The notes under the pieces were generated by a model. That model saw nothing but the letters and a program-made list of their open reading frames with translations. It did not search any database and had not been told where the DNA came from. From Octopus sinensis (taxonomy: Eukaryota): DNA of 64,000 nucleotides. Location: contig NC_043011.1 in assembly GCF_006345805.1 (NCBI RefSeq), positions 59,594,464-59,658,463 of the forward strand, written 5' to 3'. Positions 1 through 12,956 of this stretch are shown one piece after another (within the stretch, counting starts at the first letter, position 1; every line of letters begins with the position of its first letter). Both the position numbers and the translations under genes were made by a program.

Positions 1-1739
1 ACAAGTTAAACGGACGGATTGCAATTCTAGGAAGAATAAATGATACATGAAGTATATAAATCTGCATTTTGTAGATACTCAGACATACATTAAAGCAAAA
101 TTGTGCGTGGAGAAAGCTATAAATATGAGAATCAATAATGAGTACTGAGTGAGAATTGAAAGACATTCTAAACATTTATTTGAACATTAGGAATATTGGT
201 AAATGCGATTGACATACTTTATGTAGTAGAGTATCACGTGATTTGGAAGAGGACATAACGAGATACGAAACTGGAAACAATTTATCACAACACTGGAAAC
301 TTATGAAAAAAGAAACAGCACAAATATATTATGAACAACAAATTTACAATTCAGAAGAGAAAGTTGCCAGATTCATGTTAGTATCAGATAACAGTTTAAG
401 AAAGTAATTAAGGCTGCCCATTATATTTTACATTGAAATGAAAATAATACAGGGACCATTCAGAAAACATTCATAGCCAGTAAAGGAAATGTGTGAAATA
501 ATATACTTTTGTTGGTGTAGAAAAAACAATATCAGAACGTCTTATACGTCAGGGATACAGGGACGATGTTTACAACGAGCAACACTCGTTATTTTGATGG
601 GGCTATTAAACATTAGACATTTGAAAAGGGCCGTTTCAGCGGTATTGATTATGCCTTTTCTGCGGGCGAAATGGAAGAAGGATTATGTTAATCATTGCTT
701 TCTGCTTTGATTTTAAGAGAACGGAGTGTGGTTTAGTAGGAATTTGGTTGCAAATTCTAACAGAACGAACAAGCATATTGCGTTCCAAAACTAAGGTAGT
801 AAGTATTTCATCTTATGCAAATGTTTGAATGATTAAACATTATTTATGAGACTTTCAGATAGCTGAGTTGAATTGTAGTGGATATTAGAAACTGAAAGTA
901 AAGCATAAACCCACAATTGTATTCCAGTAGGGCAAAAACCTCTCCTGCACCAGAACTCTTAGGAGCTTCATAGGCAGTTTCGTTATTGAAGAAATCTTTA
1001 ATGTTGAATGAGTCAAGTGACATCCAGGTAACGATGTAACAGCTTTACCAGAAAAGATGACATTTTGTTTTTTGTTGTTTTTTTCTTCATACGGAATTCC
1101 ATTAGTATTAAGTTCATGTCGAAGTAGCCTCTTTCTTTTAGGGTCTTGTCTATCGTTCAAGTTGCATTGGAAGGATTCTTTCCGCTGCGTTCTTCCATTT
1201 CGTGTTCGTCGACGTGGATTCGTGGCGGCTGGCGAGTTCTTGAAATACTGCCGCCGCCATAACTTCCACCTTCCTCCCCTAAACCCCCAATGGTTTGCAC
1301 CCCGGAGCATCCGCGCTTGCTACGGGCGTCTACACCTCGCTGATAGCAGAAATCGATTAGCAATATATATTTCACGAACGTTTTTCTAGCACCACCAGGA
1401 GCAACTAAAATATAGGTGACTTCATTCTGCTGGGAGGTACCACTAAAAACTTGGCCGTTACAAATGAATATCAAACGGTAGCATTTATCACACGCTCATC
1501 AATTGTTTTCGGCTCTGCTAAATTTAACCCAGCGTCATATAACATCGCGTATATATCTCAGCTAGATAAAGAAATGATCGCTCGAGCAATCGGCTCATAC
1601 ATATTTTCAACTGAGTAGAAGAAAGATAGAGATTTTTAATGATAATAATACAAATATTGCATATTTTGATATCAAACAGGCCCAGAAAAATGTTTCATTT
1701 TTTGTTTAATGAGAAATAAAATGTGAACGAGGACATCGG

Positions 1740-2082
1740 ACACTTTTTTCCCCTTTCCTCAACTCAGGTCTGTCTCTTCTGCTTCGCTCCATTTGGACCG
1801 CTGCTTTTCCAGTTTTTGTCCTCAGCCTCCAGCATTTCTCTGACGGAAAGCCTTCCTCTCCCAGGTCTTGCTAGTTCTGAATTGCCTTTGAAGCCTCTGT
1901 AAACTTTTTTCTTTAATAGAAAGGAGTGTTTGGTTATACACTAACCCATTTTTATCACTGATAAGGGGTGATCCATATTAGTCGGCCCCTGGCCTGTCTA
2001 GCAGAGAAGGCCTACCAGGAGCTTACACTCCGCTGACACGGCACTCATGGTTATTAAGGCATGCAGGCCACCACATCACAAC
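1740..2082 (-). mobile_element. Probable 5' UTR fragment of an RTE-clade LINE
   Basis: Minus strand GTGGTGGCCTGCATGCCTTAATAACCATGAG...AGCTCCTGGTAGGCC...GACAGGCC resembles from memory the 5' ends of RTE/BovB/Expander elements. No ORF is retained, and the 1740 boundary is approximate. Confidence 0.45.
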
Positions 2083-2684
2083 TAGAAAGGATAGGAATAT
2101 TGTATTTTGAGCATATTTTTGGAGATTATTCTTCTAAATGCACGTTTGCGATTTTGTCCCCATATTTGACAACCCCGAGATAGGCACGATTGCAATAGTG
2201 AGGCATAATAAATGAAATTATATTTTCAATCGCATAATTTTGGTGGTAGATAAAACCTCGTTTCAGAACTGCAAGTTTTCAGTTTCGATCCCACTCTTAC
2301 ACACTTTGGCTCTTTGGATAACTGTCACTTATCTCAACCTCAGATCGATGAAGTCTGTCAGAAGGACGTTTCTTTCTCTGATAGGTTAACCTGTTGCTTC
2401 GTTTCTCCCCCATCTGACCCAAACGTTTACCTAGGAATCTCTCCCGTCGTCTCACCAGTTTGGCGGGCCTGAACTGGGTACTAGAAATTGCCCTTTCTAG
2501 TCTATTCTTCCCTAGCAATTAGAAATACTATGTATGTGCCCTTCAGGCACCCTTTTTCTCTTTAAAAGTTTGAACATACATACATATAAGGCGGTGCTCC
2601 AGCATAGCCACAGTTAAATGAGTGAAACAAGTAAAAGATTAAAAAATAAGAGAATATATTCCAGAGTATAATTTTGAACATATT

Positions 2685-2689
2685 CATAC

Positions 2690-2749
<60 letters not shown>

Positions 2750-2764
2750 ATGTATATATGTATA

Positions 2765-2850
<86 letters not shown>

Positions 2851-2867
2851 ATATATGTATATATATG

Positions 2868-2917
<50 letters not shown>

Positions 2918-3107
2918 GTATATATATATATGTATGTATATATGTATATATATATATGTATATATATGTATATATGTATGTATATATGTATATATATATA
3001 TGTATATATATGTATATATACATATATATATGTATATATATGTATATATATATGTATATATATGTATATATATATGTATATATATGTATATATGTATATA
3101 TATATAT
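2685..3107. repeat. Compound (TA)n/(TG)n/(TATG)n microsatellite
   Basis: Directly visible. Confidence 0.98.
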
Positions 3108-3355
3108 TGCAAAGTAGGATTCTTTCCGTCAACATTCAATGTAGATAAAGTAGAATCCGTTCCTGATTTTTGATCAAACAATATTTAATCTGTTTGGTTT
3201 CATATTTTGATGACATTAAAAGATATTTTAAGTCGATTAATTCTTTCATTTAATGTTTTGGGACATGTATTGATCAGTCGTAGATTAATATCACAGGCAA
3301 AATAGAGCATTAAACTGCACTTGATAGAATGATATGGATCATTTTAAATATATAT

Positions 3356-3616
3356 TGATAGATAAATAGATAGATAGATAAAGAGAGAGCGAGAGAGATA
3401 CATAGATCCATAGATAAATAGATACATGGATACATACATACATACATACATACATACATACATACATACATACATACATACATACATACATACATACATA
3501 CATACATACATACATACATACATACATACATACATACATACATACATACATACATACATACATACATACATACATACATACATACATACATACATACATA
3601 CATACATACATACATA
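3356..3616. repeat. (GATA)n followed by a long perfect (TACA)n array
   Basis: Directly visible. Confidence 0.98.
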
Positions 3617-4029
3617 GGAATATAGAAGCGAAATAGGTCAACGAAGTATGCCCTCTGGTACCACATCATTGATCGTCTCCAAATCGGAATAAATATATGA
3701 TAGATATACCGAATTGCGAATCAAATAAAATTCAAGATTTTTACTTTGAGCTTAAAAGACCGATAATACCATAAAACCACGCTGAAATACTGGCTTAATG
3801 TATGTAGAATCATAAGGTCGATACAACTGAATATCTCTTTTGCTAAATAAATAGAGATTGTTAATATATACTGAAGATAGTCGATAGCTTTTGTGAATGT
3901 TTTCAGTGCTGTTGTTCATGGCTTACACTGTTGAGCGTTTCCTTAGTAAACCAAACTACGTAGAGTTCAATCTATGAAATGATATCCTAAACTGTACAAA
4001 GGCCTTTTCAATATTAGATGCCAGAAACG

Positions 4030-4427
4030 CGGCCAGTTGGCAGAAACGTTAGCACGCCGGGCGAAATGCGTAGCCGTATTTCGTCTGTCGTTACGTTCTG
4101 AGTTCAAATTCCGCCGAGGTCGACTTTGCCTTTCATCCTTTCGGGGTCGATAAATTAAGTACCAGTTACGTACTGGAGTCGATATAATCGACTTAATCCG
4201 TTTGTCTGTCCTTGTTTGTCCTCTCTGTGTTTAGCCCCTTGTGGGTAGTAAAGAAATAGGTATTTCGTTTGTCGCTACGTTCTGAGTTCAAATTCCGCCG
4301 AGGTCGACTTTGCCTTTCATTCTTTTAGGGATCGATAAATTAAGTACCAGTTGCGTACTGAGGTGGATCTAATTGATTAGCATCACCCCAAAAAATTTCG
4401 GGCCTTATGCTTAGAACAGAAAAGACT
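4030..4427 (+). mobile_element. SINE family M (tRNA-like head, Meta-like domain), dimeric copy
   Basis: B box GAGTTCAAATTCC and the block GCCTTTCATCCTTTCGGGGTCGATAAATTAAGTACCAG each occur twice, with two different tails. Confidence 0.85.
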
Positions 4428-5945
4428 ATTATTGTTGCTTCTTTCAGTTGACCAAATGTGGACACCTGGTTGCTTCTATGCCTGTTTAGGCTTCATACTT
4501 TTTCTCCTATGTGCTGCGAATGTTGAGCAGGTTTGGTGTGTAAAATTCTTGCCTTATATATGTTGTGTGTGTGGTGTGTGTGTGTGTGTGTGTATTTGCG
4601 TGTGTTCATTATTCTAATATGTTTTCTTGTTATTTTAGTTTTTAATTTGCTGGATTTTATTTTCAAAATGTGTATTTATCGCATAGTGCCGTTTTCTGTT
4701 AGTTCGCATGACGCTTATGGAATATAAGGCGTTTTTTATTTATTTATTTAATTTTGTCCTCATAAGACCAACTCTGCCGTGAAACGGTCTCTCTAGCCTA
4801 GTTTAAATTTCTATTTTCGAATACTGGCTGTTCTCTGCTCTGGTAATAATAATGTTTCCTGAATTATTATTGCCTGGAAGTGATGTGTCACAATAAAAAA
4901 TTTTACTTCCATGAAGCTGCTTTTTATGCCGATAATGTTGAATTTTTAGGTTTCTTGTGTGTTTTCGTGTTTTAGTAAGTGTAATTCTCCGCGTCAAGCG
5001 TATATTTTTAACTGTATTCTATGCAAAACCGTCATGTTGAGAAAAAATATAACACAATTTCCAGTTTTGGGTCTTTTTTTTCTCTTCATCGTTGGTACTT
5101 CATTCGTCGTTAATGTCCTTTTTTCTCATAATTGTTGATGTTGTTTGGTGATGATTCTGTGATTTTTTTTATAGACTGTAAAACCTTGTATTTTTATGTT
5201 TTGGAACTCGATTCCTGCAGATTTCCAGCCATTACTGTCCTCTGAAATAATTTTCTCGAATGGCAAGAAATAATTATGTGCCTTGAGAACACACTGTTTG
5301 TCCAGCGCTCAAGCTGTGACCATCCTGTCTCCCGGCATATTATATTTAGCGTTGATTAACCCATATTTCAAGACAGTAGAATCATTTGAATGTTTTAAAA
5401 GAAAAAAAAACTTATGTTTTGTTCAAGTATTATAGGAAACTGAATGAAAAATTCACATCAAAGAAATTGGTGTTTCCTTTCATCCTTCTGAGTAATAAGA
5501 ACTTACTTATCTGTCTATAATCTAATACAGGAGGAGACACTTTTCTTATCTTACACTCGTTAAAGAGCTTAATCACAAAATTCGAAGGAACATCATAATG
5601 TATTTTGCGTCATACCAGATATTGGTGTCGACTGCGATATTTTTCTTGTCGTTAGTTTCTGACAGTCAAAGATAATTTGATGGGAAAGTGGCACAGCACA
5701 ATATAGAGAGAAACTTGTTTGCTTCCCGTTTTTTTTCCCACTTCTGGTGTGCGTTGCAAAGTATCCAATGGTGTAGACAGGTTCTTCATCTGTGGCAATT
5801 GCATTCGCTATTAAGAAAGAGAAGCAAGTTGGTTCGGTGCAAAGCCTTTCTTCACTTCAAAATGCTTCAAGCACAGACATCACTTGCTTTCTAACGTTTC
5901 TATTAAATGTTTTGTTATGTGATGCATACTTTGGCTGGCTTTAGG

Positions 5946-6273
5946 CAGTGGTTCTCATTCGGGGCCCAGATAAGATTGCTGGGCGGCGGGGTCCACGCAG
6001 TAAAATAGTAAATTGGGAATCCACAATAATATTTTTAAGGGCTCCTGAAAAACATTTGCTCAAGATGTATGTATTGGTATTTATAGCAAGAAAAAGGTTT
6101 CTTTCTCAAATGTTTTACATAATCCAACGTACAAAAGTTAATATGTAAAAAGCAAAATATAAATTTTGAAAGAAGCTTTTATAAAACTAGATTTTAAACA
6201 TCATGTAGTTATGGGGGTCCACCAGAAAAATATTGATCAAAGGGGTCCATGGATAAATGGCTGAGAATCCCTG
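5946..6273. mobile_element. hAT-like non-autonomous DNA element (MITE)
   Basis: Ends CAGTGGTTCTCA...TGAGAATCCCTG with subterminal GGGGTCCA motifs. TSD unclear. Confidence 0.65.
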
Positions 6274-6507
6274 CTCTAGCCGAAAAAGACTGAGCACTCA
6301 ATGAAAAATTCCATTATGTAATGAAGGCGTGTGTGAGTGTGGGTGGTAACTGCCTGAATATCTATGGCATGAGACACACATCGTTGCCACATCTGTACAA
6401 AAGAGTGTATGTCCTGAGCAGAACTGAAAATCCATATTTGTGTTGCTTTAAGAGAACGATCCTGCGATGGATTGCTCCAAATCGAGTTACAGCCGTCATT
6501 TATGAAC

Positions 6508-6508
<1 letters not shown>

Positions 6509-6538
<30 letters not shown>

Positions 6539-6862
6539 TGTATGTATGTATGTGTATGTATGTATGTATGTATGTATGTATGTATGTATGTATGTATGTA
6601 TGTATGTATGTGTTTATGTATTAACGTATGTACGTACGTACATATGCATCTATAAATGTATGTATGTATATATGTATGTATGCATGTATATGTATGCATG
6701 TATGCATGTATGTATGTATGTACGTATGTATGTGTTTATGTATTAACGTATGTACGTACGTACATATGCATGTATAAGTGTGTGTATGTATGCATGTATG
6801 TATGTATGTATGTATGTATGTATGTATGTATGTATGTATGTATGTATGCATGCATTGTGTAT
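6509..6862. repeat. (TATG)n compound microsatellite with internal duplication
   Basis: Directly visible. Confidence 0.97.
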
Positions 6863-9199
6863 GTTAGGGAATGACTATTATATAAAACTAAAGAATGTAC
6901 GGAGAATAGGAGTAATAAGTGTACCGAGTTTGGTAAGCAGGTGTAGTAAACTCGCTGAGAAGATAAATATAAAAACGGTACAGCTTATTCTTTTAGAATT
7001 GTATGGAAAGTGTAACTTGGAAATGTTAGAGAAAGGTGCGAGAAAATGAACGTTGAGTCTTAAAGAAAATAAGAAAAAACATACTGTTGTGAATTTCCTC
7101 AAAAGTTTACAGTGTACGAAAATCCTGCGGAACAATACTGGCAAGTTTCGAAACGTATTCAGAAAGTCTATTGTTCTGGTGAATGAAATAAAAGTGAGTC
7201 CTAGAAACCGGCCAGGACAATAGCAACAGCTATTAAATGGAATAATGTTGCGAAGCTATAACCAACCTTATAATGCTAATTATAACGTGTACTGGAGCAT
7301 TTCATTTCTTTCACCGCATCGGTCTTCCTTTTCGTTCCTTTTTCACCAGTAATCAGTTCCTTCTTTTCTTCTTTACCAATCCTACTTCTCAATGACAGGA
7401 AATTCTTATTCTCTAAACAGTCAGCGAAATTGACAGGTAGGCATTTAGTTCTAATATTAGTTGATAAAATTTGTTTGAAATTCCCTTATACTTAACGCTT
7501 CTCCCAGCTTCTTTCGGTTTGAACAGAGTTCTTGATGGAACTGCCTTACTTTACCTCGATTTAAGTATTCCTATTTGTTTCTGTAAAAGAAAATTCCTTC
7601 AGAATAGTTCAATGAATGGAGCAAATGTATGCTTCTGGTGAAAACCATGAAGAGAGAAATTAGAATGGTTACGATGTGTTTTGTAGTTTGAATAAAATAT
7701 TACTTCAAGACCCAGTGCCCTAATAAACCCTACTCTTTTCATATTTACTGTTCATCTTTTGTTTTCATTCGTGCATGCTCCGCTTAATGTTTAACCATTT
7801 ATATGTCCCTCCTATGATTTTTAACTACATTCAATGGTTGAGCTCTGATTCAAGGATTCTAAGGTTTTGAAGATGTGGACCCACCTTTTGAACACTATTG
7901 TTTCTCATCTAATAACATTGTGTAGCTGTGTCTTGTTGAAGCGTCTTGTGTCGAAACGACGGAAGTCCACCACTCAAACGCAGGATTCCTACCAAAACTT
8001 TATCGCTATTAGTGACCATGGTATTCCCTAATTACTAATTGTATTTCATCTAATGCAGCCATCTGCTCAAATTATGAAATGGAAGGCATGGGTATGAAAT
8101 TATCATTTCTTTGTCTTTATGTTAAAAGGCTGAAGCATGCTCAACAGTTACGATGTAGTGCTGCCATCTATTCACAAAAATACTTTATAATTAGGTTTCA
8201 GCAAAGATTTGCTTTACCACATACCGAAGTTTAGAAATAGCAGCCAAAGTACCTTAGCTAAAGCAAATCTTTGCTGAACCTTAATTATAAAATATTACTT
8301 AAGTTTACCGTGAAATGGTCCTTTTTCATGCCGAATTCTACTTGGTGAAATTATTGATTACTAGTTAATTAATTAATTTTACTCTTTGTTATTATTGACA
8401 ATATTATTCACAAAAGTACTTAGAACCAACCTGAGGATTAACAAATTATTTTAAATCAAGGATTGTAAACTTTGGAGGATTAGAAAAAGATACACACACG
8501 GTGTTTCAAACAACCTTCAATGCTCGTAACCTCAATGGTTCTGTCACTGGTTGAGTATTTATAATTACAATATATAATGAATTATTTGTTAATTTGGACC
8601 AACCTGGAAATACCTATACGTTAAGTACGTATATACGTGATATATTATGGCAGAATATGACAGTCTTTGTATCTTTATATGGCTTGAAAATATAGCGATC
8701 GATAAGTGACTGAGGTTAGCAACGTGTATGAAATAAAGAAGTGGTCTTTGACTTTTATTTTGCTCATATTTATAATTGACGTATGTTAGTGAAATATATA
8801 TTGTCTGCTGTTGATTCAGGTAGAAATAACACTAAACATGCGGAATAATATTGACCAAATTAAGAAAAATAAGAAGTAAAAACCATAATATATCAATTAT
8901 TAATCGCCACAGACAGACAGAAAAGAGTTAAAGGAAGTTGAAAAAGCAAGTTTTGAAACTAGCAACAGAGAACCCAGAAGAGGCCTCTTCATATCAAACA
9001 CTGGAGAATATAAAGTCTTGGAAGAAAATATTTATTCTCTTAGAAGATGAACAAATATCGATTTTGAAGTGAACATAGAGCAAATGTCGCTTATTTTGTC
9101 AGACTAAAAACGATTACGTCATCAAGAACTTCTACACGGTGGATCGATTGGAGTGAGCTGCTAACAATAGCAAGCAAATCTCCTTCAGATCACACCATA

Positions 9200-9428
9200 C
9201 CTATTTCTTTATTACCCACAAGGGCTAAACACAGAGGGGACAAACAAGGACAGACACACGGATTAAGTCGATTACATCGACCCCAGTGCATAACTGGCAC
9301 ATTTAATCGACCTCGAAAGGATGAAAGGCAAAGTCGACCACGGCGGAATTTGAACTCAGAACGTAGCGGCAGACGAAACACCGTTAAGCATTTCGCCCGT
9401 CGTGCTAACGATCCTCCCAGCTCGCCGT
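9200..9428 (-). mobile_element. SINE family M
   Basis: Reverse complement of the family consensus seen in the other copies. Confidence 0.85.
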
Positions 9429-10085
9429 CTTAGGAATGGATACATTGGGTATTGTGCTCCTTGATGCACTGTGCCAAGAGTAAATAGAAGGGTTGTTCAC
9501 TGATTGAATGTCTTATATCATAGATATGATTAATCAAGATTGACCCACGGCTAAAAACAGAGACAACTGTGCTCCAAAGTCTGTTGGAATCTGTTTCGCA
9601 AGTATTACTTTTATACGTTTCCAAAGTGATATTAGCACACAATCAACAGAAAATTTTGAAAAAAGAAAAAACACAAGAAAATATCACAGGAATTAAACCT
9701 GGAAACACAGTCGTAAAACACAACTTTCTATTGTTAATGACAAAGAAAGAATATCAAAAGCAAATAATATTGCCTTAGATGTTATCGAAGTGTTCATAAT
9801 TTGGCAATGTTGGCCATTGTGAATTAATAAAAGAAATTGGCAGTCGTCGCAGATGTGGCTGCATGGTGGAGAAGCTTTGCGCCACTTGGTTTCGTGTTCT
9901 GCGCCACTGTGCGGCACCTTGAGCAAGTGTGTTCTACAATATCTCTCAGGTTCGACTACTTTCTTGTGAGAGATTTTGATAGGCGGAAACTGTGAATCCC
10001 CAATGGAAGCCCGGCGTATATACATTTACATGTGTGTGTGTGATGAGTGTATTTGTCTCCATCGTTTGACGACCGATGTTAGTTT

Positions 10086-10634
10086 ATTCAGCTCTATATT
10101 TAAGAGATGAGGAATTATTTACAATATTTACATTATTTACATTCGACGGATATTTGTCCTCATCTTGTTTGTTGTTAACACAACGTTTCGGCTGATATAC
10201 CCTCCATCTTTCATCAGGTATCTTGGGGAAATTTCGAACATGCGTTCTCTTTCCTAAGGTATTTTTCGATGTTGTTGTTGTTATTATGATTATTATTATT
10301 ATTATTTTTATTATTATCATTCAGGTAACTGCCAGGAATCGAACTCGGAATTTTGGGGTTAGTAGCCTACGCTCTTAACCACTACGTCCCGGGCATATGG
10401 CGTAGTGGTTAAGAGCGCGGGCTTACTAACCCCAAGATTCCGAGTTGGATTCCAAGCATTGACCTGAATAATAATAATAATGCTAATAATAATAACATCG
10501 AAAAATACCTTAGGAGTGAGAACTCAGTTTTGAAATTTCCCCAAGACACCTGATGAAGGCTGGAGGGTATATCAGCCGAAACGTTGTGTTAACAACAAAC
10601 AAGATGAGGACAAATATCTGTCAAATGCAAATAA
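10086..10634. mobile_element. Head-to-head inverted pair of a tRNA-headed, hammerhead-containing short element
   Basis: 10136-10386 is the near reverse complement of 10401-10634. A box TGGCGTAGTGG at 10398-10408; B box GAGTTCGATTCC on the minus arm; (TAA)n linker; hammerhead in each arm. Flanked by the imperfect duplication CGATGTTAGTTT/CGGCGTTAGTTT within a host SINE. Confidence 0.85.
10545..10590 (+). ncRNA. Minimal type I hammerhead ribozyme motif (Penelope-like)
   Basis: Stem I GACAC/GTGTT; CTGATGA plus an extra A; stem II GGCTG/CAGCC; GAAAC directly followed by GTT (palindrome AACGTT, no room for a loop, implying a dimeric fold). Confidence 0.7.
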
Positions 10635-10792
10635 CGGCGTTAGTTTGTTTCCATCCGCGTAGCTTAGCAGTTCGTTAAAATGGTCGGTAGAATAAGCGCC
10701 AGACTTTTAAATAAGCGCTGGGATCAATTTCTTCAACAAAGCCCTTCAGTGACTGAAACAAGCAAAATATAAAAGAATCCTTTAGAATATAG

Positions 10793-11023
10793 TTCTATCT
10801 TTACTACCACAAGGGACTAAACGCAGAGGGGACAAACAAGGACAGACAACGGATTAAGTCGATTACATCGACCCCAGTGCGTAGCTGGTTCTTAATTTAT
10901 CGACTCCGAAAGGATGAAAGGTAAAGTCGATCTCGGCGGAATTTGAACTCAGAATGCAACGACAGACGAAATACTGCTACGCATTTCGCCCGGCGTGCTA
11001 ACGTTTCTGCCAGCTCGCCGCCT
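10793..11023 (-). mobile_element. SINE family M
   Basis: Full copy with 20-bp TSD AGAATCCTTTAGAATATAGT. Confidence 0.9.
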
Positions 11024-12666
11024 TAGAATCCTTTAGAATATAGTGTTAAAGAAAGAAATTTCACGGGGAAAACCATGCTCAGCTTTTCAGAAGTTCCCTT
11101 TTTCCCTCAAGCAGTTTGTAATATATGCAAATTTCTACGCAACGCAAATTTTCATCGCATGGAATTGCTTATATCAATATTCTATCGAAAGTAAAGTATG
11201 AATGTTTCGTGTTCTTTGTTTTGTATTGTTTTACTTTCTCAAGCTATCCAAGGGGAAATTACTTTATTTTCACGTTCCCGTAGCCAATACTTACATTGTA
11301 AATACCAAAAAAAAAAGGAAAAATAGAAAGAAACAAAAAACATAGAAAGTATGAATGGAGGAATTTATGTTTAGTGTCTGGTATGTTTAGCAATTTGTAA
11401 AACTCTTGAAAACATTAGCGTAAAAGTTTCTTTTTTTTTTTTAATATCCGATTCTCCTAGAAAAGAGAATTTATAACGCTTCCAACAAGAATTGATGGCG
11501 AACCAAATGCAAATAATCCATGTTATACTCACCCCATCGACATATCTTATTTTGAAATATTCGTCAGTTTATGACCCCATAGGGTATCACGTGCAGTAAA
11601 TACTGCCAAACGATTTTTCTCACAAATTTACAAACACATTTTTTACAGCGCTCCTTTCAAATGGATATTACAAATAAGGATAGCAAAACACGAAACAAAT
11701 AGTTTGATCGATAAATGGGACGTTTCAGAGATGAGAAATATTTAACATCTAATATTGATTATTCCTTCCTGATAAAATGGTGTTCACGAAACGGCAATGC
11801 CAAAGGGGAAGACGACCTTGCAGTTTAACCCCTTTATTTGGCGAAGATATGAAGATATACTACAAACAGCAATAATTAAATAAAAAAGCAACTCAACGTG
11901 CTATTTACCGTCTTCAAGTACATATTTATGGTTGAGAAGTGAAATAACATCGTATTCGGTATAAAAGAAGTGCAAGCTAAGATGTATCCTCTTCCAATCA
12001 TCACCACCGCTAGAGCCTTCTTTTTCTACCAGCACATCTTTCTTTTATGTTTTTTGCGAAGTATAAAGAACAAGGGAAACAAAACGAGGGAAAAACTGAC
12101 GTCAGCAAATTTAAGATGGCAGAAAAGGAAGCAGAAATGAACGATACACTTCCCTTAAGTAATTTGGAGGAATAAAAAGCAGCAAGCAGTTCGATGGAAG
12201 TCGGAAATACTTTGCCTCATATCGAGGATATGTTGGTTTTAAAGAACACCAGACATTCTCTCTGAAGGAGTCGCTTTTGGTCGTGAAATCTCTCTGACGA
12301 TGTCGTTTCATGTCTGACCAATAAAATCCAACGGAAGAGCTATAAAATTTCTCTTCATACAGCAAGGATTAAACCGAGGCCATGGAAGAATATGTTTTAT
12401 GATCTTTTTCCTCTTAGCTGTAAGTGATATTTATCTTTTTGTTTTTTTATGTCTTGCTTGTTGCTATCACTAGACTGCGGCCATTCTGGGGCACCACTGT
12501 ACTTTTATTCAGATTTTAAGTCTGGTTCTTATCCTATCTCTCTCCTTTACGGAACGACTAAGTTACGGGGATGTAAGCAAACCAACACCTGCTATCAAGC
12601 AGTGGTAGGGGACAAACACAGATAGAAAGACACACACACACCACACATATATATATATATTCATAT

Positions 12667-12875
12667 ACGAAGAAGAGTCAAAAGGTACACGCACTCTTGT
12701 CTTTTCAATATATTAACCCAAAAGCCGTGGATAAAAAAGTACGTCCTTTTCTATATAGTCTCCTTCATTTTCGATGCATTTGGTCCAGCGGTCCACAAGC
12801 TTGCGTATTCCCTCCAAAAAGAAGGTTTTTGGTTGGTCGTTCAACCAGTCATGCACCGCTTCCTTCACATCTGTG
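12667..12875 (-). mobile_element. Mariner (Tc1/mariner) 3' fragment
   Basis: Encodes DVKEAVHDWLNDQPKTFFLEGIRKLVDRWTKCIENEGDYIEK, a typical mariner transposase C-terminus, followed by a TIR-like end near 12667. Confidence 0.85.
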
Positions 12876-12913
12876 CTCAGTGGATTGTACGCTGAAAGAC
12901 AGAAAAGAGACAG

Positions 12914-12956
12914 ACTGACGTTTCGGATTAATTTCACTGGAATCCTTTCTCAAAGT
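12914..12956 (-). ncRNA. Minimal hammerhead motif (U3-A8 variant)
   Basis: Minus strand reads ACT-TTGAGAA-A-GGATT-(11 nt)-AATCC-GAAAC-GTC-AGT. Confidence 0.6.

Noticed and set aside
885-1474. Overlapping ORFs in a GC-richer patch
   Set aside because: No recognisable domain or splice context; cannot be supported as coding.
2562-3669. ORFs of YI/VC/MYVC repeats here and at similar tracts elsewhere
   Set aside because: Translations of stop-free microsatellites, not genes.
11762-11810. CTGATAA...GAAAC motif
   Set aside because: C3-A8 mismatch, impossible 2-nt loop in stem II and no valid NUH site; likely chance.
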